From assembly GCF_964213995.1 (NCBI RefSeq), contig NW_027590163.1, positions 496,001-560,000 on the forward strand: a stretch of DNA of 64,000 bases. Direction: 5' to 3'. Under the pieces are notes generated by a model. It was not told the DNA's origin, made no database searches, and worked only from the letters and a program-made list of their open reading frames with translations. A program made the position numbers and the translations under genes. This DNA is from Mustelus asterias. Taxonomy: Eukaryota. Shown here in pieces: positions 21,104 to 33,497 of the stretch; the stretch's first letter is position 1, and the number at the start of each line of letters is the position of its first letter.

Positions 21104-22205
21104 CTATGGGGAATTCTGATGGTTTACCGGCCCTTGAAACATCGGGATGCTGTTTGGCGATCCTTGGATCAGTTGTTGGCCTGTCTGCTGCTGGTTTTCT
21201 CCCTGTCTGGGGAAATTCCGCGGGCAATTCCTTTTTATGTACCCTGCCTCCCCGCACCCCCAACACACACCTGAAGGGCCAGGCAGTGGTCCCTGTCTCG
21301 GAGTCTGATGATTAACCTGTCCCTGTCCTCTCTGATTCTGATAGGGTGGCCTACCACCTCCCTGTCCTTTCCCATTTCTATTCCAGTCAGTCTGACTTTG
21401 CAGGGCGTATGGGTTTTGATAATTTAGGCCATAGGCTCCTGGGTTCATGGACAGTGGGAAGGCAGAAATGTTATAGGTTATGACGGGCTGGCCTCCATCT
21501 CCGCTCCCCCCTTTGATTAGTGCAGGTATTTCCTCTGGCTTTTGCTCCACCATCATTGGTGCTATTTTTCTGGGTGCGAGATCCTCTTTTGCCTTCAGTT
21601 TATCCTTGCTTTTGATCTCCTCCAACTGTGCCTGAAGGAGTTTACGTTGTACCTCCTTCAGCTGTTTGTCTGCATTCTTTTCATCTTTGCGATGTCTCTC
21701 TACTGCATGGGCAACATAATCCACAAACTCTCGGTAATTTTTTGAGTCCAAGCCCACCACTTCCTCCAGCCTTGTCTTAGCTGGGGCTGGCAAGCCCTCT
21801 AGGATTGCAGCCCGGAACATGGAGTTGGTCAGTGGGTCTATTAGAATGTCCCTCTCCGTGTCCCTTCTCCACCTTTTTAATTGATTCTCCACATACACAG
21901 CTGCATTCTCCTCCTCTCCACACCCCTCTTCTCTCTTTCCCTTCTTGTTGGAATAGGGCTAATATCTCTAACTCCTTTTCTCGCTTCTCCCTTCTTTTGC
22001 TCGATTTATCCTTAATCTTATAGTTCTTTATCATTCCCTTCTGGTCCTCACACCTCTCTATGGACCATGTGCCTTCCTCCGGCCACTGTGTATTGGTCTT
22101 ATTTGTTCTTTTGGCCCATTTTTTAGAGACGTGTTCTATATCTCCCCTAAGGGCTGGGAACTTATCCCCTAATATCTCCACTGGTGTCTTAACTTGGTGC
22201 GCCAT
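21104..22205 (-). pseudogene. gag: gag with an internal frame-shifting deletion (matrix joined to capsid C-terminal half and NC)
   Basis: MAHQVKTPVEIL...WPEEGTW matrix; jump at about 21915 to the MHR-like GENAAVYVENQL; single knuckle CWGCGEAGYIKRNC (His replaced by Tyr); TAG at 21106-21104. Confidence 0.85.
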
Positions 22206-23397
22206 TCCTCGTCTTTTTGGATCACTGTCGCAATTTTTGTCACTTAGTCCGTCAGAGTTAGGTATTACAGTGATTATTACTTGCTGTATTGTTTTTCCGT
22301 GCTCAGTCCCCTGTTTACCTTTCCTTTGGATTTCTTTTGCCACTATCTGTAATTCTAACCGGGGTCCTGATATCCACTTCCCCGTAGTCCCCTGTCTCAG
22401 CACTATCTTCCTCTCCCGGGCCAGAGGGTAGTAGGTTTTCACTTGCTCGTCTATGTGTATAAAAATCCTGTATTGGTCAGATCCCTTTATTAATTTCTCT
22501 AGGGTTTCCAATTTTATTTCGTCTATCCAATTCCTATCGACTACTCTTTCCCAATTTACATACGGCCACTCATTCTTTATCTCCTCTAAGTTAATTATGT
22601 GTGTAATCTTTTTCCAATCCAGTGTTGCTTCCGTTTTTGTTATTATTCAAAGATTAGTTATTTTCAATCTTGTCACCAGGCAGTTTTGTCAGGGTAATTT
22701 TTCAAGTTGTTAGTTATTACCCTACCTATATTCCGACTCTCTCTCTTATTTCTGTCCTTCACGCTGTTGTCTCCGACCAGTTTGTTCAAATTGGTCTTTT
22801 ACTTCCTCTATTCTAGCTGCTACTCCCCTTTCCTGTGGTTAAAATCCACTCCTGTGCTTTTGGCTACTGTATTAGGTCCTGGAGCGATCTCTCACTGATC
22901 TCTCTCCCTCTCGGTTGACGTCCCTTACCCGAGGTCCTGGGTAGGTTTGGGCTGGCAGATTTTCGCACACTTACTCTCTTCTGGGCAAGTCGTGACCTGA
23001 AAAACCCGCTCCAAACCGCTCGACTTAACCTAATTGCATTACTTTAGCTTTCAGCCTTTTTCCCGTCTCACTTTTTACCCATTCACAGACAATACAGTAT
23101 TCGCAGCGTGCTTTTGCATGCAAAAATTCTGCTCTTCGGATCAGACTCAGTCTCTCAAAATTTTTACACAATTTGGTTTTACCTGTGCAGGATATTTTTT
23201 TGGGTTGGGGAGATCCAGGACCAGCAGAGAGCCGGGCGCACCGGGCCTCGAGAAAACCCCTTTCTGACAACAAGGATTTACATGCATGCAAGTCTGCTTA
23301 CCTTGTTGACAGAAGGCCGGCTGGGGACTTCTCGGTTCCGGTCGGACCACCGTCTCCGCCACTCCTTCCAGATGCTTTTCTGGGCGATCTCTCACCA

Positions 23398-23415
23398 ACC
23401 CTGCTCGCAGCGCCA
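23398..23415 (-). promoter_or_regulatory. Primer-binding site, tRNA-Ser type
   Basis: TGGCGCTGCGAGCAGGGT, 4 nt after the LTR CA; near-complement of the vertebrate tRNA-Ser 3' end (...ACCCTGCTCGCTGCGCCA, recalled). Confidence 0.8.
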
Positions 23416-23419
23416 ATTT

Positions 23420-24185
23420 TGTCGTGGTTCCCCAGGACGACAATTTATTCACATCGATTAAAACAGAGAGTCTGAGCAGTGATCTTTCAAGCAATAGACT
23501 TTATTTCGCAGCACAAGCAGAATAAAGTCGGGATCTCCGGAGCAATCCAAAGAGCCCTCAGGCTTTCAGTCTTTAAATACATTTCAGCTTCATATCTCAG
23601 GATTCTTATCTCACTTTTACATCCTGTCCTTGTTTCTTATCTTACTTTACAGCCTGACCTTGTTTCTTTGGCCACCATTGTTTTTAGTTGACCCTTTATC
23701 CGTTTTATTCGCGATTTGTCGCTCCCTGTTACATTTCTTTGTTTCTTAAACCATGGTGGTTATATCTCTGCCCTTACCTCAACTGTCTGCTTGCACAATA
23801 ATCGTAGTTTTTGCTGACTTAGGCCGAATGTGTTAGAAAAAAACATCCTCTTTGCTGACTTAGGCCGAATGTGTTAGAAAAGACATCCTCTTTGCTGACT
23901 TTTATGGTCCAACATTAAGTTAGACCACTGAGCAGTATTCATTGTTTTCTTAAGTGACTATTGTCTGCTTTTGCTAATCAGTGACTGCCATTTACTTCCC
24001 TGTTTCCTCTGCCTTGAGCATGTCATCTATACTTGATCACATTAGGTCACACGAAGTTACTTTAGGTTACATAGGTTACATACCCATCTCACTACTCACC
24101 TAAATCTGCTTTATCACTTCACTAAGACCTATGAATCTGAATTCCATACTAAACTCATACAATATCCAGTACAATTTCCCTTACA
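23420..24185 (-). repeat. 5' LTR (766 bp) with an approximately 41-bp duplication at about 23810-23900
   Basis: TGTAAGGG...CACGACA; TATTTAAA and AATAAA on the minus strand. Confidence 0.92.
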
Positions 24186-24490
24186 CTCGCTCGGCCATTT
24201 CAGAAGCTGTTTGAGAGTCAACCACATTGCTGTGGCTCTGGAGTCACATGTAGGCCAGACTGGGTAAGGATGGCAGATTTCCTTCCCTAAAGCACATTAA
24301 TGAACCAGATGGGTTTTTTGGTCAATCGACAATGGTTTCATGGTCATCAGTAGATTCTTAATTCTAGATTTTGTATTTAAATTCAAATTCCACCATCTGC
24401 TGTGGCAGGGTTCAAACCTGGGTCCCCAGAACATCAGCTGAGTTTCTGGATTAATAGTCTAGCGATAATACCACGAGGCTATCCGCTCCC
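24186..24490. mobile_element. Shark short interspersed repeat, truncated exactly at the LTR
   Basis: ggccatttcaga..gagtcaaccacattgctgtgg..ggagtcacatgtaggccagac; longer copies at about 28780-29130 and 54055-54490. Confidence 0.7.
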
Positions 24491-25791
24491 CTGTTGTTAT
24501 ATGGCACAAATTCGATATATTATTTATAGCTCTGTAATAAAATACACTTATTATATCTGGCTGTGTAATTTTGGACTGCAGTTATATTATATATTTCCAA
24601 CAATCTCTTCCCTCAGAGAATTGTTAGTATCTAGATTTCTCTTCCATAGGGACCAGTGGAGGGATTGAATATATTCAAGGATGAGTTAGACAGTTTTTGA
24701 ATGACAAGGGAGTCAATAATTATTGGGAACAGGCTGGAAAATGGAGAGAAAGCTCAGATGAGGAAGGATTTCTTCACTCAAGGACGTGGTGATGTTTTGG
24801 ATTCTCTACCCCAGAGGACTACAGAGCCTCAGTCATCAAGAATTTTCAAGAGAGGGATTGATAGGTTTCTGGATATTGAAGATATCGATGGATATGGGGG
24901 ACAGTGTGGGGAAAATAATGCAGAGGTTGATCAACCAATAATCTGAATGAATGGTTGAGCAGACTCGATGGGCCGAATGCTGACTGCAGCTCCTATTTGT
25001 TATGATTTCTGTGGTGGACAGGAAGCAGTGAGCATGGATCTGTCAATCAGCCTCAATCAGCACCTTCAGGAGAATTGGGAGGGTGAATATTAGATACAGA
25101 AGAGTGAGAATGGAGGGAGAGTGTGTGGGATGGAGATTTACGGCTTTTGGGGAATGAGAGAGGAAAGAATGTTCATTAGAATCATAGAATTGCTGCATCT
25201 TATCAACCGTCCCTGAGCCTTCACAATGAATCCCACTTCTGAGGACACCCTTATCTCTGACTTGTCCGTACTGCCAGCAGTCTCACAAAGCAGCTGCCTG
25301 TGTGCTGATACGGGAGGCCCTGCTCGGCAAGTTTAATGCTCCATGACTGTGTCTTTAATGAATGCTCCATAGAAACTAGAAATGTCGATTTGAATTTCGA
25401 TCGTATTCTGAATTACGATGTTTTTTCTAAATTGACTTACAGGATATTAGACAAGGAGAAATCAGACAGAAATCTCCAACATCACATCGAGATCTGACAG
25501 AGTGACTCGACTTCTTGGGAACTGAATATCATTGGCCTTTGAATCTAGCAGGAGAAATGTTTGTTTGGCCTCTTGGCTTCAAAAGATTGTAAACATCACT
25601 GTGACTAGGAATGCACTGAGATACACACACCCGAGTGAGTGTGTTCCAGTGCACTGAGTGTGGAAAGAGCTTTAACCAGTTACACTGCCTGAAAATACAT
25701 CGCAGCATTCACAGCGGGAGAGACTGTACCCGTGTTCTGTGTGAGATTTAACTGATTGTTTAACCTGGAGAGTCACAAGGACACCCGCACC

Positions 25792-26523
25792 ATGGAGAAA
25801 GCGTGGAAATGTGGGGACTGTGGAAAGGGATTCAGATACCCATCTGTACTGGAAATTCATAAACGCAGTCACACTGGGGAGAGGCCGTTCACCTGCTCTG
25901 TGTGTGGGAAGGGATTCACTCATTCATCCCACCTGCGCAGACACAATCTCACTCACACCAATGAGAGACCGTTTAAATGCACTGACTGTGGGAGCGGATT
26001 CAGAAGCGCTCAGGATCTGGTGTCCCACCAGCGCACTCACACTGAGGAGAGACCGTTCAGCTGCTCTCACTGCTCAAAGAGGTTTAAATGGTCATCCACC
26101 CTGCGGGTACACCAGCGAGTTCACACTGGGGAGAATCCATTCACCTGCTCGGTGTGTGGGAAGGGATTCACTCAGTCATTCCACCTGTGCAGACACAATC
26201 TCACTCACAGCAATGAGAGACCGTTTAAATGCTCTGACTGTGGGAGCGGATTCAGAAGCTCTCAGGATCTGGTGTCCCACCAGCGCATTCACACTGAGGA
26301 GAGACCATTCAGCTGCTCTCACTGCACAAAGAGGTTTAAATGGTCATCCAGCCTGCGGGTACACCAGCGAGTTCACACTGGGGAGAGACCATTCCCCTGC
26401 TGTGTGTGTGGGAAGGGATTCACTGCTTCATCCAGCCTGCTGAAACACAAAGCCACTCACTCCAAGGAGAGCCCCTTTAATGCTCTGCCCGAGAGGCCGG
26501 CTTCAGAAGCTCTCAGGAACTGA
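25792..26523 (+). CDS. C2H2 zinc-finger protein, 8 intact fingers then a frameshift; decayed fingers continue to about 26870
   Basis: MEKAWKC start, HTGERPF linkers; 1-nt loss at about 26478 (ccctttaatgc vs ccgtttaaatgc); acceptor ttacag|gatatt at about 25442. Confidence 0.8.
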   Translation: MEKAWKCGDCGKGFRYPSVLEIHKRSHTGERPFTCSVCGKGFTHSSHLRRHNLTHTNERPFKCTDCGSGFRSAQDLVSHQRTHTEERPFSCSHCSKRFKWSSTLRVHQRVHTGENPFTCSVCGKGFTQSFHLCRHNLTHSNERPFKCSDCGSGFRSSQDLVSHQRIHTEERPFSCSHCTKRFKWSSSLRVHQRVHTGERPFPCCVCGKGFTASSSLLKHKATHSKESPFNALPERPASEALRN

Positions 26524-26954
26524 TGATCCCCGAGCACATTCACACCGGGGAGAGGCCGTTCAGCTGCTCTCACTGTTCAAGGAGGTTTAGAATATCACCA
26601 ACACTGCTGAAACACCAGTGAGTTCACACCGGGGAGAAACCATTCACCTGCTCGGTGTGTGCGAAAGGATTTACTCAGTTATCCAGCCTGCCCAGACACA
26701 ACATCATCACACCCAGGAGAGACCCTTTAAATGTGGGCGCGGCTTCAAAAGCTCTCGGGAACTAATGTCCCACCAGTGAGTTCACACCAGGCAGAGGCTG
26801 GTCACCTGCTCTGACTGGGAAGGGATTCACTCAGTCAGCAAACTTGGTGAAACACCAGTGAGTTCAGAAGTGATGACAGTTCTGGGATTATTCTTGTGAA
26901 TCTTTCTTGCCCCTTCTCCAGTGCCTCTATTTCCTTTTTCTAAATGGAGATCAC

Positions 26955-28135
26955 AAATAGAACATAGAACAGCACAGCACAGGAACAGACCCTTCAGCCC
27001 ACCATGTTGTGTCGAACATGATGTCAAATTAAACTATTCCTTTCTGCCTGCCCTTGGTCCATATTCCTCTATTCCTTGCATATTCATGTGCTTATTTAAA
27101 ACCCCCTTAAACGCCCCTATCGTATCTGCCTCCACCCCCACTCCTAGCAGCGCATTCCAGACACCTACCACTCTCTGTGTAAAAACCTTACCTCTCACAT
27201 CTCCTTTGAACTTTCCCCGTCTCACCTTCAGTGCATGCTCCCTGGTATTAGACATATCAACTCTGGGGGAAAAGATTCTCTGTCTCTCATTTTATAGACT
27301 GCTATCAGATCTCCCCTCACCCTCCACCGCTCTCGAGAAAACAACCCTCGTTTGTCAGTCGCTCACACCCTCCAATCCAGGCAGCATCCTGGGAAACCTC
27401 TTCTGCACCCTCATCAAAACCTCTCCATCCTTTCTGTAATGTGGTGACCAGAATTGAACACAATATTCTAAGTGCGGCCCAAACAAAGTTTTATAAAGCT
27501 GCAACATGACACGCTGACTCTTGTACTCAATAAAGGCCAGCATGCCATATGCCTTCTTTACCGATAAATATTTGTGTGGCTAATTTCAGGGAGCTCTGGA
27601 CTTGAACCCCAAGACCTCTGTACATGAACTGTATACTTATCCTTAATATTTGATCTCCCAAAGTGCAGCACCTCACACTTGCCCGGATTAAAATCCATCT
27701 GCCATTTCTCCGCTCATATCTACAGCTGATCTACATCCCACTGTATCCTTTGACAACCTTTGACATTATCTACAACTCCATCTAGTTTTGTGTCATCTGC
27801 AAGCTTACTAACCCACCCATCCACGTTTTCATCCAAGTTATTTATATATATCACAAATAGCGCAGGTCCCAGTGCGGATCCCTGCAGAACACCACTAGTC
27901 ATGGACCTCCAGTCAGAAAAACACCCTCCACCACTACTCCCTGACTTCTATGGGCAAGTCAATTCTGAATCCAAGTGGCCAAGTGACCGTGAATCCCATG
28001 CATCTTAATCTTCTGGATGAGCCGACCATGAGGGACCTTGTCGAAAGCCTCACTAAAATCCATGTTCACAACATCCACTGCTCTACCCTCATCGATCACC
28101 TTCGTCACCTCCTCGATAAAATCAATCCAGTCAGT
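26955..28135 (-). mobile_element. CR1 LINE ORF2 3' part
   Basis: TSGVLQGSALGPALFVIYINNLD..SKLADDTKL; PHLEYCVQFWSPHYRKD; tail atagaacatagaac. Confidence 0.88.
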
Positions 28136-28259
28136 AAGATGTTGACGGTGCTCCCACTGCAGTCCTGTGATGAAAATATAGACTGGTTGGTGAAATGTAG
28201 ATAACAGGTAGAATTGATATCTAATGAGGACTTTATACTTTAGAATTGAATACAGGGCT

Positions 28260-31200
28260 CATTGTTACTAACGGGGAAAGAAGGGTTAAAACCCTGACCC
28301 AGAACCCTTTTCACACACACGTGGACATCTCTGAATCTGACGCACACCAAATGGAACGTTACACAAGGGACTGGAATTCACTGGAATTTCTTAACAACCT
28401 TTCAATAGAAATGTCCTGGTACAGACTGTGACAAAGGACACAACAGACAGCAACAACCAGGAGGAACCTTTAACCCAGAGAATGTTAATAACCTTGTTCA
28501 GGACACCGGTGCCAGGCACAGGAGGATCCCAGGAAAAACGGAACATTTAATTTCTGTGTTTCACAATTCTAAATGACTGATTCTTTAACAAAGGAATGTT
28601 TAAAAACAGCATTGTGATATTCCAAGGTCAGTGTGTCTGGGAAAGGGGCACACTGATGTGTTTTTATTTTAAACAGGAGGATCCATTGAAAAGCAGCTCT
28701 GGACGATACGAGCACCTCCTGACCTACTTTCAATTCATTTCAAATCACTTTCCGTGGAATATTCTTTATTCTTTCCTGGGATGTGGACACTGCTGGCAAA
28801 GCCCCAGCACACGTTGCTCATCTCCTAATTGCCCTTGAACGGAGTGACTTGCTCAGCCATTTCAGAGGGGCAGTTAAGAGTCACCCACATCGCTGTGTGG
28901 GTCTGGATTCACATGTAGGCCAGACCGGGTAAGGATGGCAGATTTCCTTCCCGAATAGGGAGCATTAGTAGGGTGAACCGGATGGATTTTTAAAACAATT
29001 GATGATAGTTTCATGGTCACTGTTACTGAGACGAACTTTATATAATTCCAGAATGATTCACTGAATTCAAATCCCACCAGCTGCCTGTCCCCAGATCCTT
29101 TGCTGGGTCTCTGCATTACTCGGCCAGCGACATTCCCACCACCTCCCCCTGAATGGAATATTCCACACAACCCCTTCGTTAAACGGGAAGGAGAAAAGAG
29201 AGAGGCTTTGACCTTTGGATGACCTCATCACCAACTACAGAAACCTTACAGCTGACCATTCTGTAAAAATTTTAAAACTTTATTCTTATAAAACACAGAG
29301 TAAGAAACAGGTGAAAAGTAACGATGGACGTTGTGACTGACATCAGAAACATTGATTGACCGGATAAACACTCACTGCATCATAGAGCGATCCTCAACCA
29401 TTGAAGAATTGACCCACAATAAGGAATGAGAGAGCCTTATAAAAAGGGGCAGGAGTTTACACAGAGAGGTGACACCCACAGCTGCTCAGGATGATGGAAT
29501 TCAGTTCAGGAAGGGGATAAAGTGAGAAGCTTTTGTGATTCAAGGCAGAAGTATTGAACAATCTGGAATCAGTGCTTCTCGAGTTTGCTGACGAGCCGAA
29601 CACTTCAATTAATCTCATCATAAAAACCCCCAGTGTAAATAACATGGATTTGACTGACAAATGTTGAAGTGTTGGTTTAGAGCCACAAGTTTCAACTTCC
29701 CATTTGAGCCTGGGGTACCTTTTTGTCTCTCTATTGCTCGTGTCAATGACAGCCAGGCGACGGAGCTGAGGGCAGCATTTAGCTGAGAATAATGGGGCCT
29801 GCGCCCCAGTTGGGAAACTGCCCTGGGCGTCGCACTAATAGAGAGAAAGGAAGGTGCTGGAGAACTGACTGGGAAATGGGCCTCCAACCAATCAGGGCAC
29901 CGGAGGAGGTGACCAGGGCTGATGGTGACCCCCCAGGGTTCAGTGTCCCTGTGTCCAAAGCGGGGTGTCACAGGAACAGGGGACAGAGGAGCTGAAGAAA
30001 CACGATTTGTGTCCAGAACATTGTGAACATCCCTTTACTCTGGTTGTCTTTGATCCTCAAGTCATTTTCTGTTTGTTTTAACCATGTTCTGTTTCATTAA
30101 TAAACTTTTATCAGTAAAAATATTTGATTGTTCTGGACTTTTCCTGATGAGATTGATGCACTTTAGGGAAAGCGGGTGAGAGGGGTTGGCAGGCTCTTTA
30201 ACAGAAAGTGAGTCCCTCAAAGGTAATTGGCAAAGGAGCCAGAGGGGGAGATGGGATTTTATTTTTGACACAGCGATGTTGGAAAATGGGGTTCAGGGAA
30301 TCAATTAACCCTTTCTCCCCTTTTCCCAAACTCTGAAATGATTCCCAGTGATAACCCTTATTGGTGACAGTGGTTAGATTTTATTCAGTATCAATAAGAG
30401 CTGACACAGTCTAATGTCTGAGCAGTCGTATCAAAGTGCATCAGCATTACCATTACACTCTGGGTAGAAGCAGCATCTCCACGGAAATGCTCCCTGCTCT
30501 GCCCCAGATGCCATGGCACCAGTCAATGCAATATGTAAAACCTCGACTAATCTCTGTGCTCGGGGAATCCCTCCTTATACTTTGTTACATCACAATGTCT
30601 ATGGAGACTGATTTCACCCAATCATTGCCCAGCTAACATTTGAACGGACCAATTACAAAACCCGTCATTGAACCATCTGTACCCGCACAAGCCACGTCAA
30701 ACTCTAAAACCAATTGTCTTCCCACGCTCCGTCCCTGGTACAGGGAGTCAGCATTCCCATGCCAAACCGTGAAAACATGGTGGCCGTGACACCCAGGTGT
30801 CATCCAGGATTCAAGGCACTCCTGTTTTCTCTGTCCTCTGGGAGCTGTTTATCCCCCTGCTCCCACACAGCAAGTCGTCTGTTCTCAGCTCTGCTGGATC
30901 TCTGCTGACATTTGGCCCCTTTTACACCTTTCGGATCAATAAAACATTTGGTTAATGACCCAAACCACAACTTCCATCCTGTCACCTGTCAACCATCCTT
31001 ACCCAGAGCGTAATCACAACAGGAATAAAAACAGGAGAAGTGTAACAATCAAGTTCAAAATCAATGCACAGCCAGTCATAGAATCTAATATAATGTTCAC
31101 TAATTAGCAAGAAAACCCAAAGTTGGGGGTCCCCCAGGATTCTTACAGTCCACACCTTGAGGGGGGAGAACTCTCTCTCTGACCCCTCACTCAATTTCAC

Positions 31201-32260
31201 TCCGTTATTTTCCAGTTCTGTTCTGGCCCCGCCTGGGGTAACACCTGGTTGATCTTGTCTTCCGAAAGAGCATCGTGAGTTCTAGGTTACTTGTACAAAA
31301 GGACAGATGCTTCAAGCAACAGATCAAGCATGGATGTAAAAGATTCTCCAGCTCTCTCTTTACCCCTATCCAACTTGTGGACAGTTCTTACTCAGTATTA
31401 TTTCTCCCAAGCGGTTAATTGTCCTAATCTATAATATGATCCATTTTACTGTAATTTTCCTCACTTTGTGAGCATGTGCAGTGTGTTTAATTGGATCCTG
31501 ATTGTTTTGAACTCAGTTTCTCTCTGGAGTGTCAATGCCTTGATGATGTCACAATGTTGTCTCAATCCCCTGGCCACATGAACCATTTCATCTCCTGCTG
31601 TGTCTCAAGTAGCTGTGTGTGTTTGGGACCCGCTCTTCACTCCATCTCACCATGAATTTAGGCTTGCTATTTTTCACATGTAACAAATCACATCTGCACA
31701 CTCTGGTATCCCAAAATCATGTCACACATTCTTAACTCTCAGATGCACGAGTGAAAAGATCAAAATGTGACTGTCTTTCTTATCTCCCCCTGTTATGGTG
31801 CTGATGTTTCATGTCGTGGCCGGGCTTTCAAATGTGGATTTCTTTAAAACAAAGTTCATGGACAAGGATGTAAATATCTCCCAGAGAAAGTGATCGACTT
31901 ATTCATCCCATCGACACATTCCAGACTTTCACTAGAATGCAGGTGGATACCAGATTGATATATTCCATTCAACCACACCCAAGGGGAGTTATTCCAATTC
32001 CCTTATTGTCCTGTTGTGATGTATTTTTTCCAACTAACCACAGGAAACCCAGGGACATGTTACAATAGTTTATTCATGCTTCAAGCCCAGAGGGAACTAC
32101 CCCAGAGAAAGCTCTGGAGGAGCACCCTCCTGTGATACAGCTCAAAGTCACAGCTCTGACACAGCTCTCTAATACAGTAATCACAGAGACATCATTCTAA
32201 TACAACTCTCAGCTCCAAGTCACAGATACAGACAGCTTACACAGTTATTCAATACAGTGA
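28260..32260. mobile_element. Patchwork of probable solo-LTR relics with an inserted short repeat
   Basis: Several TG-start/CA-end segments with TATA/AATAAA-like motifs (e.g. 29438 tataaaaa, 30099 aataaa) and no coding signal; boundaries unresolved. Confidence 0.3.
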
Positions 32261-32651
32261 GAAATGCAAGGGTTGTGAGGAAGAATATTTTGATGCAGTG
32301 AGTGGTAATGAGCTGGAACTCGCTGCCTATGACGGTGGAGGAAGTGGAGACAATAAATAATTACAAAGGAAATTGGATGGGATTTGGGGGGTTTCAAACA
32401 GAAATGCTGACTCAATATCTCCAAACTTCCTAACACCCTGTCAATCTGTGATCCGTGTGAAATTTGAAACCAGGTATTTGCAACAAGATTCAAAGAGCAT
32501 CAGCCCACTGGAGGCAAAGTCATGAGACCGGCCAGTCCAGCAGAAAGAAACCCTCCGACCCTCCCCATTGACCAACTGTGAGAATGAACAAAATGCAGTC
32601 CTGGATGTAATTGAAAGCAGAAACAATAACAGCAGAATCCAACCCCTGGAA

Positions 32652-33497
32652 TCACTCATGAACTTGTTGATGTCTCAGCAGCTGGGATGAAACTCTGAAT
32701 CCCTTCCCACACTGAGAGCAGGTGAACGGTCTCTCCCCAGTGTGAACTCGCTGGTGTATCTGCAGATTGGATGACTGAGTGAATCCCCTCCCACACTGAG
32801 AGCAGGTGAATGGCCTCTCCCCAGTGTGAACTCGCTGGTGTCTCCGCAGGGTGGATGACAGAGTGAATCCCTTCCCACACTGAGAGCATGTGAATGGTTT
32901 CCCCCCAGTGTGAACCCGCTGGTGTATCTGCAGATTGGATGACTGACTGAATCCCTTCCCACACTGAGAGCAGGTGAACGGTTTCTCCCCAGTGTGAACT
33001 CGCTGGTGTTTCTGCAGGGTGGGTGATTGAGTGAATCCCTTCCCACACTGAGAGCAGGTGAATGGCCTCTCCCCAGTGTGAACTCTCTGATGTGACCGTA
33101 GGCTGGATAAGTCAGTGAATCCCTCCCGACACTGAGAGCAGATGAATGGCCTCTCCCCAGTGTGAACTCGCTGGTGTGTCTGCAGCTGGGATAACCGAGT
33201 GAATCCCTTCTCGCACTGAGAGCAGGTGAACGGTTTCTCCCCAGTGTGAACCTGCTGGTGTCTCCACAGAGCGGATGCCTGAGTGAATCCCTCCCCACAC
33301 TGAGAGCAAGTGAACGGCCTCTCCCCAGTGTGAACTCGCTGGTGTTGCTTCAGGATGGATAACCGAGTGAATCCCTCCCTACAGTGAGAGCAGATGAATG
33401 GCCTCTCCCCAGTGTGACTGCGCCGATGAGCTTCCAGCTGAGATGGGGTTCTGTATCTCTTCCCACAGTCCGCACATTTCCATGGTTTCTTCATGGT
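32652..33497 (-). CDS. C2H2 zinc-finger protein, 10 tandem fingers, intact
   Basis: [10 protein letters not shown]...HQQVHE*; regular HTGE(R/K)PF linkers; acceptor ttttacag|gatattg at about 33836. Confidence 0.9.
   Translation of the reverse strand, partial: TMKKPWKCADCGKRYRTPSQLEAHRRSHTGERPFICSHCREGFTRLSILKQHQRVHTGERPFTCSQCGEGFTQASALWRHQQVHTGEKPFTCSQCEKGFTRLSQLQTHQRVHTGERPFICSQCREGFTDLSSLRSHQRVHTGERPFTCSQCGKGFTQSPTLQKHQRVHTGEKPFTCSQCGKGFSQSSNLQIHQRVHTGGKPFTCSQCGKGFTLSSTLRRHQRVHTGERPFTCSQCGRGFTQSSNLQIHQRVHTGERPFTCSQCGKGFRVSSQLLRHQQVHE

Larger units (their letters stand above)
15313..24185 (-). mobile_element. Class I (gamma/epsilon-like) endogenous retrovirus, internally deleted
   Basis: TG..CA LTRs at both ends, PBS, gag, pro, pol, env, PPT in retroviral order; YVDD RT; gamma-type TM with CX6CC. 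Confidence 0.95.

Noticed and set aside
16746-22700. Deaminase-type G>A hypermutation of the provirus (three probable TGG>TGA stops)
   Set aside because: Too few events, and many Trp codons in pol/env are intact; needs a family consensus to test
32656-33298. Long alternative-frame ORFs over ZNF arrays (also 25811-26443 and 49153-49530)
   Set aside because: Typical shadow frames of repetitive C2H2 codons ([19 protein letters not shown]; HWGEAIHLL)
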